Assembly: GCA_022842205.1 (NCBI GenBank)
Contig: JALHQA010000005.1
Span: forward strand, 81,616 to 145,615
Direction: 5' to 3'
Source of the DNA: Hyphomicrobiales bacterium
Lineage (GTDB): Bacteria; Pseudomonadota; Alphaproteobacteria; Rhizobiales; Methylopilaceae
Length of the DNA: 64,000 bases
Shown here: positions 48,415-58,903 of the stretch, piece after piece
Position numbering within the stretch: the stretch's first letter is position 1
Layout: every line of letters starts with the position of its first letter
Program-made: the position numbers and the translations under genes
The notes under the pieces: model-generated
What the model saw: only the letters and a program-made list of their open reading frames with translations
What the model was told of the DNA's origin: nothing
The model's database searches: none

Positions 48415-49413
48415 ATGAAAGCCCTTGCCGCCGCGGCCTTTGCCGCGCTTCTCGTCGCCGCGCCCGCCAAGGCGCAGGACGCAAATTCTCTTCTCAACGT
48501 TTCCTACGACATCGGCCGCGAGCTTTATGCCGCGGTGAATGTCGAATTCGCCAAGGCCTGGAAGGCCAAGACCGGCAAGGATGTGACGCTCAACCAGTCG
48601 CATGCCGGCACGTCGAAGCAGGCGCGCGCCATCCTCGAAGGCCTCGAAGCCGACCTCGTCACCTTCAACCAGGTGACGGACATCAATCTTCTGGTGAAGG
48701 GCGGTGCGGTCGATGCCGGCTGGCAGAAGGCGTTCCCGAACAACGCCTCGCCCTATTATTCGCTGCCGGCCTTCGTCGTCCGCAAGGGCAACCCGAAGGG
48801 CATCAAGAACTGGGGCGATCTGGCGCGCGACGACGTGCAGCCGGTGTTCCCGAACCCGAAGACCTCGGGCAATGCGCGCTACACCTATCTCGCCGCCTAC
48901 GCCTGGGCGCTCGAGGAGTACAAGGGTGACACCGCCAAGGCCGACGAATACATCAAGAAGATGCTGTCGAACGTGCCGGTGTTCGACACCGGCGGCCGCG
49001 GCTCGACCACCACTTTCGTCGAGCGCGAGACGGGCGATGTGCTGATCACCTTCGAAGCGGAAACGGCCGCGGTCGTGAAGCAGTATGGCGACGACAAGTT
49101 CGAGGTCGTGGTGCCGCCGGTCAGCCTTCTGGCCGAGTTCCCGGTCGCGGTCGTCGACAAATATGCCGAAAAGCACGGCACCAAGGAACTGGCGAAAGCC
49201 TATCTCGACTATCTCTATTCGCCGGAAGGCCAGGAGATCATCGCGGGCTTCAACAACCGCGTGCAGGACGAGAAGGTGGCCGAAAAGAACAAGGACAAGT
49301 TCCCCGAGGTCCGTCTCGTGACGGTCGAGGACGTCTTTGGCGGCTGGGACAAGGCCCAGGCCGAGCACTTCGCCTCGGGCGGCAAGCTTGATCAGGTGTT
49401 TGTCGGCAAGTAA
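48415..49413 (+). CDS. sbp: sulfate/thiosulfate ABC transporter substrate-binding protein
   Basis: The signal peptide is followed by 'LLNVSYDIGRELY', 'NQSHAGTSKQARAILEGLEADLVTFNQ' and 'NPKTSGNARYTYLAAY'. Confidence 0.9.
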   Translation: MKALAAAAFAALLVAAPAKAQDANSLLNVSYDIGRELYAAVNVEFAKAWKAKTGKDVTLNQSHAGTSKQARAILEGLEADLVTFNQVTDINLLVKGGAVDAGWQKAFPNNASPYYSLPAFVVRKGNPKGIKNWGDLARDDVQPVFPNPKTSGNARYTYLAAYAWALEEYKGDTAKADEYIKKMLSNVPVFDTGGRGSTTTFVERETGDVLITFEAETAAVVKQYGDDKFEVVVPPVSLLAEFPVAVVDKYAEKHGTKELAKAYLDYLYSPEGQEIIAGFNNRVQDEKVAEKNKDKFPEVRLVTVEDVFGGWDKAQAEHFASGGKLDQVFVGK

Positions 49414-49438
49414 TCGCCGCTGTATTGACATCGAACGC

Positions 49439-49471
49439 AACGGCCGGGCTTTTGTCCCGGCCGTTTTGTTT
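49439..49471. terminator. rho-independent terminator (bidirectional position)
   Basis: 'aacggccggg cttttgt cccggccgtt ttgttt' has a perfect 10-bp stem. It lies between convergent sbp and yeiH. Confidence 0.65.
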
Positions 49472-50472
49472 CAGCCCAGCGGCAGCAGGGACAGCGCCGC
49501 GATGCTGGCGACGGCGATCGCGGTGAGCGCCATGGCGCCGGCCGCCATGACACGGCCGCCGGCGCTGAACACATCGCGCAGATCGACTTCGAGACCGAGC
49601 GCGGCCATCGAAATCATGGTCAGAACGGTGGCCGTCTCGCGCATCCAGGGCAGAAGGGATTCCGCGATCAGGCCGAAGGAGCGCAGGACCATCATCGCCG
49701 CGAAGCCGACGACAAACCAAGGCACGATGCGGCGGAAAGGCGTTCTCCGGCCGTCGCCCCGGCCGCGCAGGCTCAGCACGAAGAGGACCGGCCCCAGCAT
49801 GAGCACGCGCGTCAGCTTCACCAGAGTCGCGGTCTGTACGGCGACCGCGCCGGCGGTGGCCGTGGCGGCGAGCACCTGCGGAACGGCATAGACAAGCATG
49901 CCTGTGAGGAAGCCATATCGCGCATCGGCAAGGCCGAGCAGGATCCCGATCAGCGGAAGCGCGACGACGGTGACGACACCGAGCGCCGCGGTGAAAGCGA
50001 TGGAGACGGCAATCTCGTCCGGCCTGGCGCCGATGACGGGCGCCGCTGCGGCGATGGCCGAGTTGCCGCAAATGGCGTTGCCGCAGGACACGAGCAGCGT
50101 GATCCGCGGCGGCAGCCCAAACACGCGACCGCACACATATCCGGCCAGAAGCGCAAACAGGACGAGAGCCGCGATTGTGCATACGACGGCGCCGCCGCTG
50201 CCGCCGATGACCTGCAGGCTGACGGACGCGCCGAGCAGCACGATGGCGGTCTCGAGCGGCAGTCTTGATGCGAACTGCACGCCGGACCGCAGGCGCGGCG
50301 CAAGCCCGAAGCCGGTATGTAGAGCGGTGCCGAGAACGATGGCGGCGACCAGGGCATCGAGCCAGACATGGCCGGTCACGGCGATCTGTGCCGAGCCGAT
50401 GAAAAATGCCGCCGCCGCAACGGCCATTGCCGCAAGAAATCCCGGGAAGATCCGAATCGCCGAATGCGCCAC
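49471..50472 (-). CDS. yeiH: YeiH-family (UPF0324) putative sulfate exporter membrane protein
   Basis: The 333-aa polytopic protein contains 'GNAICGNSAIAAAAPVI'. It is divergent from a LysR regulator, the classical yeiE/yeiH arrangement. Confidence 0.75.
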   Translation of the reverse strand: MAHSAIRIFPGFLAAMAVAAAAFFIGSAQIAVTGHVWLDALVAAIVLGTALHTGFGLAPRLRSGVQFASRLPLETAIVLLGASVSLQVIGGSGGAVVCTIAALVLFALLAGYVCGRVFGLPPRITLLVSCGNAICGNSAIAAAAPVIGARPDEIAVSIAFTAALGVVTVVALPLIGILLGLADARYGFLTGMLVYAVPQVLAATATAGAVAVQTATLVKLTRVLMLGPVLFVLSLRGRGDGRRTPFRRIVPWFVVGFAAMMVLRSFGLIAESLLPWMRETATVLTMISMAALGLEVDLRDVFSAGGRVMAAGAMALTAIAVASIAALSLLPLG

Positions 50473-50539
50473 TGCCGCTCACCTCGGAGCGAGAACTAGC
50501 GCCATATGACATTCGATAAAAACGCATGATTATGCACTA

Positions 50540-50562
50540 ATTGTTCGATATAATCGAACAAT
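50540..50562. promoter_or_regulatory. LysR-type operator (inverted repeat) overlapping the lysR start codon
   Basis: 'attgttcgat' (50540-50549) - 'ata' - 'atcgaacaat' (50553-50562) is a perfect 10-bp inverted repeat in the yeiH/lysR divergent region. Confidence 0.55.
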
Positions 50563-51463
50563 GACGCTGGACCAGCTTTCCATTTTCGTGGCGGTTGCCG
50601 AGCGCCAGCACCTGACGCGGGCGGCCGAGGCGCTGAATCTCACTCCTTCGGCGGTCAGTGCCGCGATCCGCACGCTCGAAACCAACCACAATGTCCGCCT
50701 GTTCGACCGGATCGGCCGCGGGCTGGAGCTGACGCGCGAGGGCCGGATTTTTCTCGATCGGGCGCGGGCGGTGATCGCCGAGGCGCAGTCCGCCCGGCAT
50801 CTGCTGCGCGAATTCGGTGGGCTGGGCGCCGGCGCGCTCGACATATATGCCAGCCAGACCATCGCGAGCTACTGGCTGCCGCCGCGCCTCGTGCGCTTTC
50901 ATGAAGCCAATCCCGGTGTCGAGATCAGCCTCCGGGTCGGCAATACCCGGGAGGTGGCGGAAGCGGTGCTCGATGGCCGCGCCGAAATCGGCTTCGTGGA
51001 AGGCGATATCGATGCACCGGCGCTTGTTGTGGAACGTCTCGCGGAAGATGAGCTTGTGATCGTCGTGCGCGCCGGCCACCCGCTTGCCGGGCGCAAGAAG
51101 CTGAGCCCCTCGGACCTGGTCGCCGGTGCGCAATGGATCCGGCGCGAAGCCGGCTCCGGCACGCGTTCGGCATTCGAGGCCGGCCTGCGCATGCTCGGCT
51201 GCGATCCCGATTCTCTGTCGATCGCACTGATCCTGCCGTCAAACGAAGCGATCCTGGCGGCGGTGCGCAGTGGCCCCTATGCCGCGGCGGTTTCGCGCAG
51301 CGCGGCGCAGCCATTCCTCGACAGCCGCGATCTCGTTGCGCTCGACGCGGGGCTGCCGCCGCGCGCGTTCCGCGCTGTTCGCCATCGCGAGAGACACCAA
51401 AATCCCGCGGCGAAGGGACTGGAGGAAATGTGCAAATCCGATTATGCAGATAACTTCCGATGA
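50561..51463 (+). CDS. LysR-family transcriptional regulator (YeiE-like)
   Basis: The N-terminal HTH is 'LSIFVAVAERQHLTRAAEALNLTPSAVSAAIRTLE'. 300 aa. Confidence 0.85.
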   Translation: MTLDQLSIFVAVAERQHLTRAAEALNLTPSAVSAAIRTLETNHNVRLFDRIGRGLELTREGRIFLDRARAVIAEAQSARHLLREFGGLGAGALDIYASQTIASYWLPPRLVRFHEANPGVEISLRVGNTREVAEAVLDGRAEIGFVEGDIDAPALVVERLAEDELVIVVRAGHPLAGRKKLSPSDLVAGAQWIRREAGSGTRSAFEAGLRMLGCDPDSLSIALILPSNEAILAAVRSGPYAAAVSRSAAQPFLDSRDLVALDAGLPPRAFRAVRHRERHQNPAAKGLEEMCKSDYADNFR

Positions 51464-51508
51464 TGGCGCGATATATACGCGTCAATTGCGTGGAATAAGT
51501 TCTCGCCG

Positions 51509-52357
51509 ATGTCAGCCGTAATTTCTCCCTTTACGCAGCGCCGCGTCCTGCCGGGCTTTCCGCTCGCGATGGGTGTCACGCTCGGCTATCTCGGCATAAT
51601 CGTTCTCCTGCCGCTCATCGCGCTCGTCCTGAAGGCGCTCGATATCGGCTGGGACCAGTTCGTCGGCATCGTCACGAGCCCGCGCACCATCGCCGCCTTT
51701 CGCGTCACCTTCCTGTGCGCGCTCGGGGCGACGCTGTTCAACGCTGTGTATGGACTTGCGCTGGCCTGGGTGCTGGCGCGCTATGAGTTCCCCGGCAAAC
51801 GTCTTCTCGATGCGCTGGTCGACGTGCCGTTCGCGCTGCCGACGGCGGTGGCGGGTCTGGCGCTCGCGGCGCTGTTTGCCAAGAACGGCTGGTATGGATC
51901 AGTTCTGGAGCCGCTCGGCATCACCGTCATCTTCACGCCGCTCGGCATCGCCGCGGCGATGGCGTTCACGAGCCTGCCCTTCGTCGTGCGCCAGGTGCAG
52001 CCGGTGCTGGAAGACATCAGCCCCGATGTGGAGGAGGCGGCGGTGTCGCTGGGCGCGAGCGATCTTGTCACGTTCCGCAAGATCATCTTTCCGGCGATCT
52101 TTCCGGCGCTGCTTGCCGGATCTTCGCTGGCCTTCTCGCGCTCGCTCGGCGAGTTCGGCGCGATCATCTTCATCGCCGGCAACCAGCCGGGCTATTCGGA
52201 GATCGCGGCGCTTCTGACCTTCATCCGGCTCGAGGAGTACGACTATCCGGCGGCGGCGGCGGTTGCGTCGGTACTTCTGGCCTCCGCCCTCGTTCTGCTG
52301 ATGATCACCAATCTGCTGCAGGCCTGGCATCTGCGCTATATCGGGCGGGGCGACTGA
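51509..52357 (+). CDS. cysT: sulfate ABC transporter permease CysT
   Basis: A 282-aa protein with 6 TM segments. The EAA loop is 'EEAAVSLGASDLVTFRKIIFP'. Confidence 0.9.
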   Translation: MSAVISPFTQRRVLPGFPLAMGVTLGYLGIIVLLPLIALVLKALDIGWDQFVGIVTSPRTIAAFRVTFLCALGATLFNAVYGLALAWVLARYEFPGKRLLDALVDVPFALPTAVAGLALAALFAKNGWYGSVLEPLGITVIFTPLGIAAAMAFTSLPFVVRQVQPVLEDISPDVEEAAVSLGASDLVTFRKIIFPAIFPALLAGSSLAFSRSLGEFGAIIFIAGNQPGYSEIAALLTFIRLEEYDYPAAAAVASVLLASALVLLMITNLLQAWHLRYIGRGD

Positions 52358-53244
52358 TGGATTTCCAGCGCACGAAACCGTATCGCACGCCGGCCATCCA
52401 CCGCGTCGGCGACCGGCCGCTGACCAAGCGTCTCCTGATCGGCGGCGTGCTCGCGGCGACGCTTCTCGTCATCATCGCGCCGCTGATGGTGATCTTCATC
52501 GAGGCCTTCTCCAAGGGCCTGTCGGTATATGTACATAATCTCTCGGAGCCGGACACGCTGCACGCGATCTGGCTGACGGTGCTGGCCGCCATCGTCGTCG
52601 TGCCGATCAATATCGGTTTCGGCATCGCCGCCGCGTGGGCGGTGACGAAGTTCAAGTTTCCCGGCAAGAGCCTGCTCATCACCCTGATCGAGATTCCGTT
52701 CTCGGTGTCACCGATCATCGCCGGCGTCGCCTATCTGTTCGTCTACGGCGCGCAGGGACTGTTCGGGCCGTTCCTCGATCAGTTCGGCATCAAGATCATG
52801 TTCGCGCTGCCGGCGATTTTCCTCGCCAGCATGTTCGTGACCGCGCCGTTCGTCGCGCGCGAGCTTATTCCGCTGATGCAGGTGCAGGGATCGGACGACG
52901 AGGAGGCGGCGGTCAGTCTCGGCGCGTCCGGCTTCCGCATGTTCCTGTCGGTGACGCTGCCGAACGTGAAATGGGCGCTGCTTTACGGCGCGATCCTCTG
53001 CAATGCGCGTGTGATGGGCGAATTCGGCGCGGTGTCGGTCGTGTCCGGCAATATCCGCGGCGTCACCAACACGCTGCCGCTGCAGATCGAATTGCTCTAC
53101 ACCGACTACAACGCGGTCGGCGCGTTCGCGGCCGCGACCGTGCTGGCGAGCCTTGCGGTCGTGACCATCGTGGTCCGGGCAATCGTCGAGCGCTATGACG
53201 AGGGCCGTGCGGAGGTCAAAAAGCGCATGCGCCCCGGGCATTAA
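52357..53244 (+). CDS. cysW: sulfate ABC transporter permease CysW
   Basis: ATGA overlap with cysT. The EAA loop is 'EEAAVSLGASGFRMFLSVTLPN'. Confidence 0.9.
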   Translation: MDFQRTKPYRTPAIHRVGDRPLTKRLLIGGVLAATLLVIIAPLMVIFIEAFSKGLSVYVHNLSEPDTLHAIWLTVLAAIVVVPINIGFGIAAAWAVTKFKFPGKSLLITLIEIPFSVSPIIAGVAYLFVYGAQGLFGPFLDQFGIKIMFALPAIFLASMFVTAPFVARELIPLMQVQGSDDEEAAVSLGASGFRMFLSVTLPNVKWALLYGAILCNARVMGEFGAVSVVSGNIRGVTNTLPLQIELLYTDYNAVGAFAAATVLASLAVVTIVVRAIVERYDEGRAEVKKRMRPGH

Positions 53245-53319
53245 CGACGGCGCTGCCGCCGGGCTTGCCGGGGCCCGCCGCCTCAGGCAAACAGGGCCTC
53301 CTCAAACACAGGCCAAACC

Positions 53320-54036
53320 ATGACCCGTCCGTCCAACCGCGCGCCGAACGAGATGCGCCGTGTCTCCCTCGAACGCGGAGTCGCGCGCTATGCCGAAGGC
53401 TCCTGCCTCGTCAAATTCGGCGAAACCCATGTCATCGTGACCGCTTCCGTCGAGGAGCGAGCGCCGGCCTGGCTGCGCGGGTCGGGCAAGGGCTGGGTGA
53501 CGGCGGAATACTCCATGCTGCCGCGCGCGACGCATGAGCGGACGCGGCGCGAAGTCACCTCCGGCAAGCCGTCGGGCCGGACGCAGGAAATCCAGCGCCT
53601 TGTCGGGCGTTCGCTGCGTTCGGTGGTCGATCTCAAGCTGCTCAACGAGCGCCAGATCACCATCGACTGCGATGTCATCCAGGCCGATGGCGGCACGCGC
53701 ACGGCCTCGATCACCGGCGCCTGGGTTGCGCTCAACGACTGTGTGCAGTGGATGCTGGCGCGGCAGATGATCCAGTCCAACCCGCTGAAGGATCACGTCG
53801 CCGCGGTCTCCTGCGGCATTGTCGGCGGCGCGCCGGTGCTCGATCTCGATTATGCCGAGGACTCGTCGGCCGAGACGGACGCCAATTTTGTACTGACGGG
53901 GTCCGGCGGCATCGTCGAGGTGCAGGGCACGGCGGAGAACGCGCCGTTTTCCGAGGAGGAGCTTCTGTCTATGCTCAACCTTGCCAAGCACGGCATTGCG
54001 AAACTCGTCGACCTGCAAAGGATGGCGGTGGCGTGA
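53320..54036 (+). CDS. rph: ribonuclease PH
   Basis: Contains '[36 protein letters not shown]' and '[20 protein letters not shown]'. Confidence 0.95.
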   Translation: MTRPSNRAPNEMRRVSLERGVARYAEGSCLVKFGETHVIVTASVEERAPAWLRGSGKGWVTAEYSMLPRATHERTRREVTSGKPSGRTQEIQRLVGRSLRSVVDLKLLNERQITIDCDVIQADGGTRTASITGAWVALNDCVQWMLARQMIQSNPLKDHVAAVSCGIVGGAPVLDLDYAEDSSAETDANFVLTGSGGIVEVQGTAENAPFSEEELLSMLNLAKHGIAKLVDLQRMAVA

Positions 54037-54683
54037 GCGGACTTCTGCTCCCCGGCTCCCGGCTTGTCGTTGCGACGCACAACGACGGCAAGCTGAGGGA
54101 GTTCCGTGAGCTGCTGAAGCCGTTCGGCCTCGACCTGACATCGGCCGGCGAACTCGGCCTGCCGGAACCCGACGAGACCGGGACGACATTCGCCGAGAAC
54201 GCGCGCCTCAAGGCCGAAGCCGCGGCCGAAGCGTCCGGACTTCCGGCGCTTGCCGACGACAGCGGGCTTGCGGTTCTGGCGCTGTGGGGTGCGCCCGGTA
54301 TTTTCTCCGCGCGCTGGGCCGGGCCGGACAAGGATTTCACCGCCGCCATGCAGCGCATCGAGGACGAGCTGCATGCGCGCGGGGCCATCGAGCCGCAACA
54401 GCGCCGCGCGGCCTTCATCGCCGCGCTCTGCCTGGCACGTCCGGGCGGCGAGGTGGAAGAGGTCGAAGGCTTCGCGCTCGGCACGCTGGTGTGGCCGCCG
54501 CGCGGCAAGCTCGGTTTCGGCTACGACCCGATCTTTCTTCCCGAAGGCCATGAGCGCACCTTCGGCGAGATGGACTCGATGGAAAAGCACGGCGTCGACT
54601 GGAAGACGGGTCACGGCCTGTCGCATCGCGCACGCGCGTTCATCGCGCTGGCCGAGCGGTGCTTCGCGGAGCCGCGGCTGTGA
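54033..54683 (+). CDS. rdgB: dITP/XTP pyrophosphatase (RdgB/HAM1 family)
   Basis: GTGA overlap with rph. Contains '[18 protein letters not shown]', '[14 protein letters not shown]', 'ADDSGL', 'GFGYDPIF' and 'SHRARAF'. Confidence 0.9.
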   Translation: MSGLLLPGSRLVVATHNDGKLREFRELLKPFGLDLTSAGELGLPEPDETGTTFAENARLKAEAAAEASGLPALADDSGLAVLALWGAPGIFSARWAGPDKDFTAAMQRIEDELHARGAIEPQQRRAAFIAALCLARPGGEVEEVEGFALGTLVWPPRGKLGFGYDPIFLPEGHERTFGEMDSMEKHGVDWKTGHGLSHRARAFIALAERCFAEPRL

Positions 54684-55837
54684 AGACCGGAACGAACGGG
54701 GGCTTCGGCATCTACGTCCACTGGCCGTTCTGCGCCGCCAAATGTCCGTACTGCGATTTCAATTCCCATGTGCGCCATGAACCGGTCGACGAGGCGCGCT
54801 TCGCACGCGCGTTCGCGCAGGAAATGTCGTGGTTCGGCGCGCTGACGCCGAACAGGAAACCGGAAAGCGTGTTTTTCGGCGGCGGCACGCCGAGCCTGAT
54901 GAAGCCGGAGACCGTCGCCGCCATTCTCGACGCCATCGCGAATACCTGGGATATTGCGTCCGATGCCGAGATCACGCTCGAGGCCAACCCGTCGAGCGTC
55001 GAGGCGTCGCGCTTCGCCGGCTACCGCACCGCGGGCATCAACCGGGTGTCGCTCGGCGTGCAGAGTTTCGACGACGCGGAACTGAAGCGGCTCGGACGTC
55101 TGCACAATGCGGCGGAAGCGATCAAGGCGATCGATATCGCGCAATCGACCTTCGACCGGTCGAGCTTCGATCTGATCTATGCACGCCCCGGCCAGACGCC
55201 GGACATGTGGCGCGCGGAGCTGGGCGAGGCGCTGACACGCGCGGGCGAGCACCTGTCGCTCTATCAGCTCACCATCGAGGAAAACACGCCCTATCACGCG
55301 CTGCACGCCGCCGGAAAACTTGTTCTGCCGAACGAGGACGAGGCGCGGGCGCTGTGGGATGTCACGCAGGAGATCATGTCCGGCGCCGGCATGCCGGCCT
55401 ACGAGATTTCCAACCATGCGCGGCCCGGCGCGGAATCGCGGCACAATCTCGTGTATTGGCGTTCGGGAGAATGGGCCGGCATCGGTCCCGGCGCTCATGC
55501 GCGCATCGGAATGAATGATGGCCGCCACGCGTTCTCGACCGAACGCAATCCCGAACTCTGGGCCTCGCGCGTCGAGCAGACCGGCAATGGCGTCGTGTCG
55601 GACGAACTGCTCGACCCGACGGAAGTCGCCGACGAATATCTCCTGATGGGGCTGCGCCTCGCCGAGGGCGTCGAGATCGCGCGGTTCGAGGAGATCGCGG
55701 GCTACCGGCTCGACGAGGACCGCATCCGCGATCTGGAATCGCACGGCCTCATCAGCCGCCCGGCGCCGGGGCGTCTCAGCGTAACGACGGCAGGATTTCC
55801 GGTGCTCGACGCCGTGGTGGCGGATCTGGCGGCTTAA
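54680..55837 (+). CDS. hemW: radical SAM family heme chaperone HemW
   Basis: '[21 protein letters not shown]' carries the CxxxCxxC motif. GTGA overlap with rdgB. GTG 54659 is an alternative start. Confidence 0.9.
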   Translation: MKTGTNGGFGIYVHWPFCAAKCPYCDFNSHVRHEPVDEARFARAFAQEMSWFGALTPNRKPESVFFGGGTPSLMKPETVAAILDAIANTWDIASDAEITLEANPSSVEASRFAGYRTAGINRVSLGVQSFDDAELKRLGRLHNAAEAIKAIDIAQSTFDRSSFDLIYARPGQTPDMWRAELGEALTRAGEHLSLYQLTIEENTPYHALHAAGKLVLPNEDEARALWDVTQEIMSGAGMPAYEISNHARPGAESRHNLVYWRSGEWAGIGPGAHARIGMNDGRHAFSTERNPELWASRVEQTGNGVVSDELLDPTEVADEYLLMGLRLAEGVEIARFEEIAGYRLDEDRIRDLESHGLISRPAPGRLSVTTAGFPVLDAVVADLAA

Positions 55838-56238
55838 TCCTCGAGTTCTTGGAGACTCTCGCTGACGAAACGGCAGCTGAACTCTCCCATTGTGCGCCCA
55901 TGATTCTCCCGAATGAGGACCGCTACCATCTGCAACATAGCGGCGCTGCTAGGCTTGTCTGGCCTGACGGCTTGCATCCAGGCGCGCGCCGATCCGAGCA
56001 GCCTGTCATCCGTTGTGACAACCGCGCTTCCGCATGGACCAGCCTGCACCCACGCCAAGGCACGCTTTCGCACCTCTATCGCGCTCTCTGGCGTTAACCG
56101 CTGGGCCGCCGCGATATCATTGAGAATGCGCTCATAGATGGCAGCAGTTTCTTCGTAAGTTAACGGTCGCAGACTATCGCGCCCGAATGCTGCTTCAGTC
56201 GTGATGAACAGCAGAAGAATGACCGCGCAATGGCGCAT
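55834..56238 (-). CDS. secreted hypothetical protein
   Basis: 134 aa with signal peptide 'MRHCAVILLLFITTEAAFG'. GC looks somewhat lower than its neighbours. No family was recognised. Confidence 0.45.
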   Translation of the reverse strand: MRHCAVILLLFITTEAAFGRDSLRPLTYEETAAIYERILNDIAAAQRLTPESAIEVRKRALAWVQAGPCGSAVVTTDDRLLGSARAWMQAVRPDKPSSAAMLQMVAVLIRENHGRTMGEFSCRFVSESLQELED

Positions 56239-57443
56239 TAAAGCCCCGCCTGTCCAAAACTCTTCGGCGCGGGCGCGACGGTCTGGGCGCCGCCCGGCTG
56301 GACGCGCATCACCGCAAGGCCGCGCTCGTTGGTGCCGCTGGATTTCAAACGGAAAATGCCGTCGACGCCCTGGAAGCCCGACGGATTGGTGAGCGTGTTG
56401 GCCTGGAAGCGCGCCGGGCCCTGCGTGTTCGTCAGGGCGGCGGCGAGCAGCACCGCGTCATAGGCGAGGGTCGCCGTGCGTACGGGCATCTGGCCGTAGC
56501 GCGACTGATAGCGCTGCGAGAACGAGTTCCAGCCCGTCGACTCCGGCGCCGCGAACAGCCCGCCCGCGACGGCCGGCGAATTCAGTGTCGCCGGGTCGTC
56601 CCAGAGGCCGGTACCGAGAAGGACCGCACGGCGCAGATCGACGCCGGCCGCCGACAGCGCCTGTGCGATCTCCGGCGCGTTGTCGGGCACGAAGATCGCG
56701 TCCGCCCCGCGCGCCGCCTGCGCCACGCGCTGCACCGCGGCCTTCATCTGCCCGGCGTCGCCGTTCGCATAGCGCTCCAGCGTCACGACACGTCCGCCGT
56801 TCTTCGCGACCGCTTCCTGGAACGCGCCTTCGACGACGGTGCCGTAGCCGTCTTCCGGCAGGATGGCCGCGAAGGAGCGGCGGCCGTTGCGCACGGCGTG
56901 CGAGACGATGCGCTCGACCTCGGTCTGCGGCAGGAAGCTGAGAAGATAGACGCCGTTCTTGGCCGCGCCGGCATCGGTCGAGAAGGCGAGCATCGGGATA
57001 TTTGCGCGGCGGGCGACGTCGCCGGCGGTGACCACGCTCTGCGCGAAGATCGGGCCGAGAATGATCTCGGCGCCTTCGCCGATCGCGGCCTGCGTGGCCA
57101 TCGCGGCGCCCTGCGGCGAGCCGCCATCGTCCTTCACGATGAGCTGAACATTCGGATTGTTGAACTCTGCGAGCGCCATCTCGCCGGCGTTCTTCATCGA
57201 CTGGCCGGTCTGCGCGCCATTGCCCGACAGGGGCAGGATCAGCGCCACTTTCGACGCGCCGGGGGCCAGCGTGCCGAGGGGTTCCGATGTGATGCTGCCG
57301 GAAGGAGCGGCGAGATTGCCCGGCGATCCGCTTCCGCCGCTGCCGCCGGAAATGCAGGCCGACAGCGCGAAGGCGGACGCGACGACCGCCATGCGCGGAA
57401 GGCGGCTGAGGAAGGAAGCGACGGACGTCTTGGCGAAGAACAT
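56238..57443 (-). CDS. penicillin-binding-protein activator (LpoA-like) / type-1 periplasmic-binding-fold lipoprotein
   Basis: Lipobox 'FALSAC', then a PBP1 (Leu/Ile/Val-binding-like) fold. It is divergent from rsmI-yraN, as lpoA is in E. coli. Confidence 0.65.
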   Translation of the reverse strand: MFFAKTSVASFLSRLPRMAVVASAFALSACISGGSGGSGSPGNLAAPSGSITSEPLGTLAPGASKVALILPLSGNGAQTGQSMKNAGEMALAEFNNPNVQLIVKDDGGSPQGAAMATQAAIGEGAEIILGPIFAQSVVTAGDVARRANIPMLAFSTDAGAAKNGVYLLSFLPQTEVERIVSHAVRNGRRSFAAILPEDGYGTVVEGAFQEAVAKNGGRVVTLERYANGDAGQMKAAVQRVAQAARGADAIFVPDNAPEIAQALSAAGVDLRRAVLLGTGLWDDPATLNSPAVAGGLFAAPESTGWNSFSQRYQSRYGQMPVRTATLAYDAVLLAAALTNTQGPARFQANTLTNPSGFQGVDGIFRLKSSGTNERGLAVMRVQPGGAQTVAPAPKSFGQAGL

Positions 57444-57584
57444 GGGACGGCCCCGAACCGAAATTCTGTCTGTGAATGCCGCTTCTTGGACGCGCACAGT
57501 GCGGCTTCTTCATGGAGCCGCGCGCATTGCCCGCGCCGCGACCCCGGCGTAACGTCCTTCCGGTGGTAAACCACGGATTCCCCG

Positions 57585-58526
57585 ATGCCAAGCCTTGAGC
57601 GCGGACGGCCCGGACAGGGGCCCAGCCTTGCGCCTTCCCAGCGCCATTTCATCGTCCACGGCCACAGGCTGGAGGCGCCGCGCGCCACGGCGGGCCTGAA
57701 CGTCGTCGCGACGCCGATCGGCAATCTCGGGGACATATCGCTGCGTGCGCTGGAGACCCTGGCGGGGGCCGACGCCATCCTTGCCGAAGACAGCAGGGTA
57801 ACGCGCAAGCTGCTGACGCATTACGGAATCTCGCGTCCGGTGCTGCCCTATCACGAGCACAACGCCCAGGAGATGCGGCCGAAGATTCTCGCGCGGCTGG
57901 AGGCCGGGGAGGCGCTGGCGCTCGTCTCCGACGCCGGCACGCCGCTGGTCTCCGACCCCGGCTACAAGCTGGTGCGCGATGTTGTGGAGAACGGCTTCGC
58001 GGTGACCGCGCTGCCGGGCGCCTCCGCCGTGCTGACAGGTCTCGTGGTCGCCGGACTGCCGACGGACCGATTCTTTTTTGAGGGCTTCCTGCCGCCGAAG
58101 AGCGCGGGACGCACCGCGCGCGCGGAAGCACTCAAGTCCATACCGGCAACGCTTGTCGTGTTCGAAACCGGTCCGCGGCTCGGCGCGAGCCTTGCCGATC
58201 TTGCGCGCGTGCTGGGTCCGCGCCCCGCCGCCGTGGCGCGCGAACTGACGAAAAAGTTCGAGGAGGTCAGACGCGGCACGCTCGACGAGCTTGCGGCGCA
58301 TTACGCCGAGGAGGCCAATGAGCCGCGGGGCGAGATCGTTCTTCTCATCGCGCCGCCCGGCGAGGAAGCGGCTGCGACCCTTGAGGACATCGACGCGGCG
58401 CTGAAGCAGGCGATGAAGTCATCGTCGCTGAAGGACGCGGTCGCCGATGTCGCCAAGGCGAGCGGTGCGCCGAAGCGCGAGGTCTATGCGCGGGCGCTGG
58501 CGCTGACAAAGGCCGGCGGCGCATGA
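57585..58526 (+). CDS. rsmI: 16S rRNA (cytidine1402-2'-O)-methyltransferase
   Basis: Contains 'LNVVATPIGNLGDISLRALETLAGADAILAEDSRVTRKLL' and 'LVSDAGTPLVSDPG'. The true start may be internal. Confidence 0.9.
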   Translation: MPSLERGRPGQGPSLAPSQRHFIVHGHRLEAPRATAGLNVVATPIGNLGDISLRALETLAGADAILAEDSRVTRKLLTHYGISRPVLPYHEHNAQEMRPKILARLEAGEALALVSDAGTPLVSDPGYKLVRDVVENGFAVTALPGASAVLTGLVVAGLPTDRFFFEGFLPPKSAGRTARAEALKSIPATLVVFETGPRLGASLADLARVLGPRPAAVARELTKKFEEVRRGTLDELAAHYAEEANEPRGEIVLLIAPPGEEAAATLEDIDAALKQAMKSSSLKDAVADVAKASGAPKREVYARALALTKAGGA

Positions 58527-58888
58527 CCGCGCTGTCGCGCCGCGCCGCCTACGGGCTCGGCCATCGCGCCGAGACGTTTGCGGCGCTGTGGCTGCGCTGC
58601 AAGGGCTATAAAATTCTCGCGCGGCGCTACAAGACGCCGGTCGGGGAGATCGACCTTGTCGCGCGGCGCGGGAAGTTCATCGCCTTTGTCGAGGTCAAGG
58701 CGCGGCCGACGCTGGACGCCGCCGCCGAGAGCATCCGCCACACCCAGCGGGCGCGGATTATCCGCGGAGCCGAGGCCTTCCTCTCCCGGCACCCGCATTA
58801 CGTAAACCATTTTCTGCGGTTCGACGCGATCCTCATTGCGCCGGGCCGGCTGCCGCGCCATCTGATAGCGGCCTTCGACGCGAGCTGA
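58523..58888 (+). CDS. yraN: YraN-family (UPF0102) endonuclease-like protein
   Basis: Contains 'GHRAETFAALWLRCKGYKILARRYKTPVGEIDLVARRGKFIAFVEVKAR'. Confidence 0.85.
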   Translation: MTALSRRAAYGLGHRAETFAALWLRCKGYKILARRYKTPVGEIDLVARRGKFIAFVEVKARPTLDAAAESIRHTQRARIIRGAEAFLSRHPHYVNHFLRFDAILIAPGRLPRHLIAAFDAS

Positions 58889-58903
58889 ACTCCAGGACAT
58901 GTC

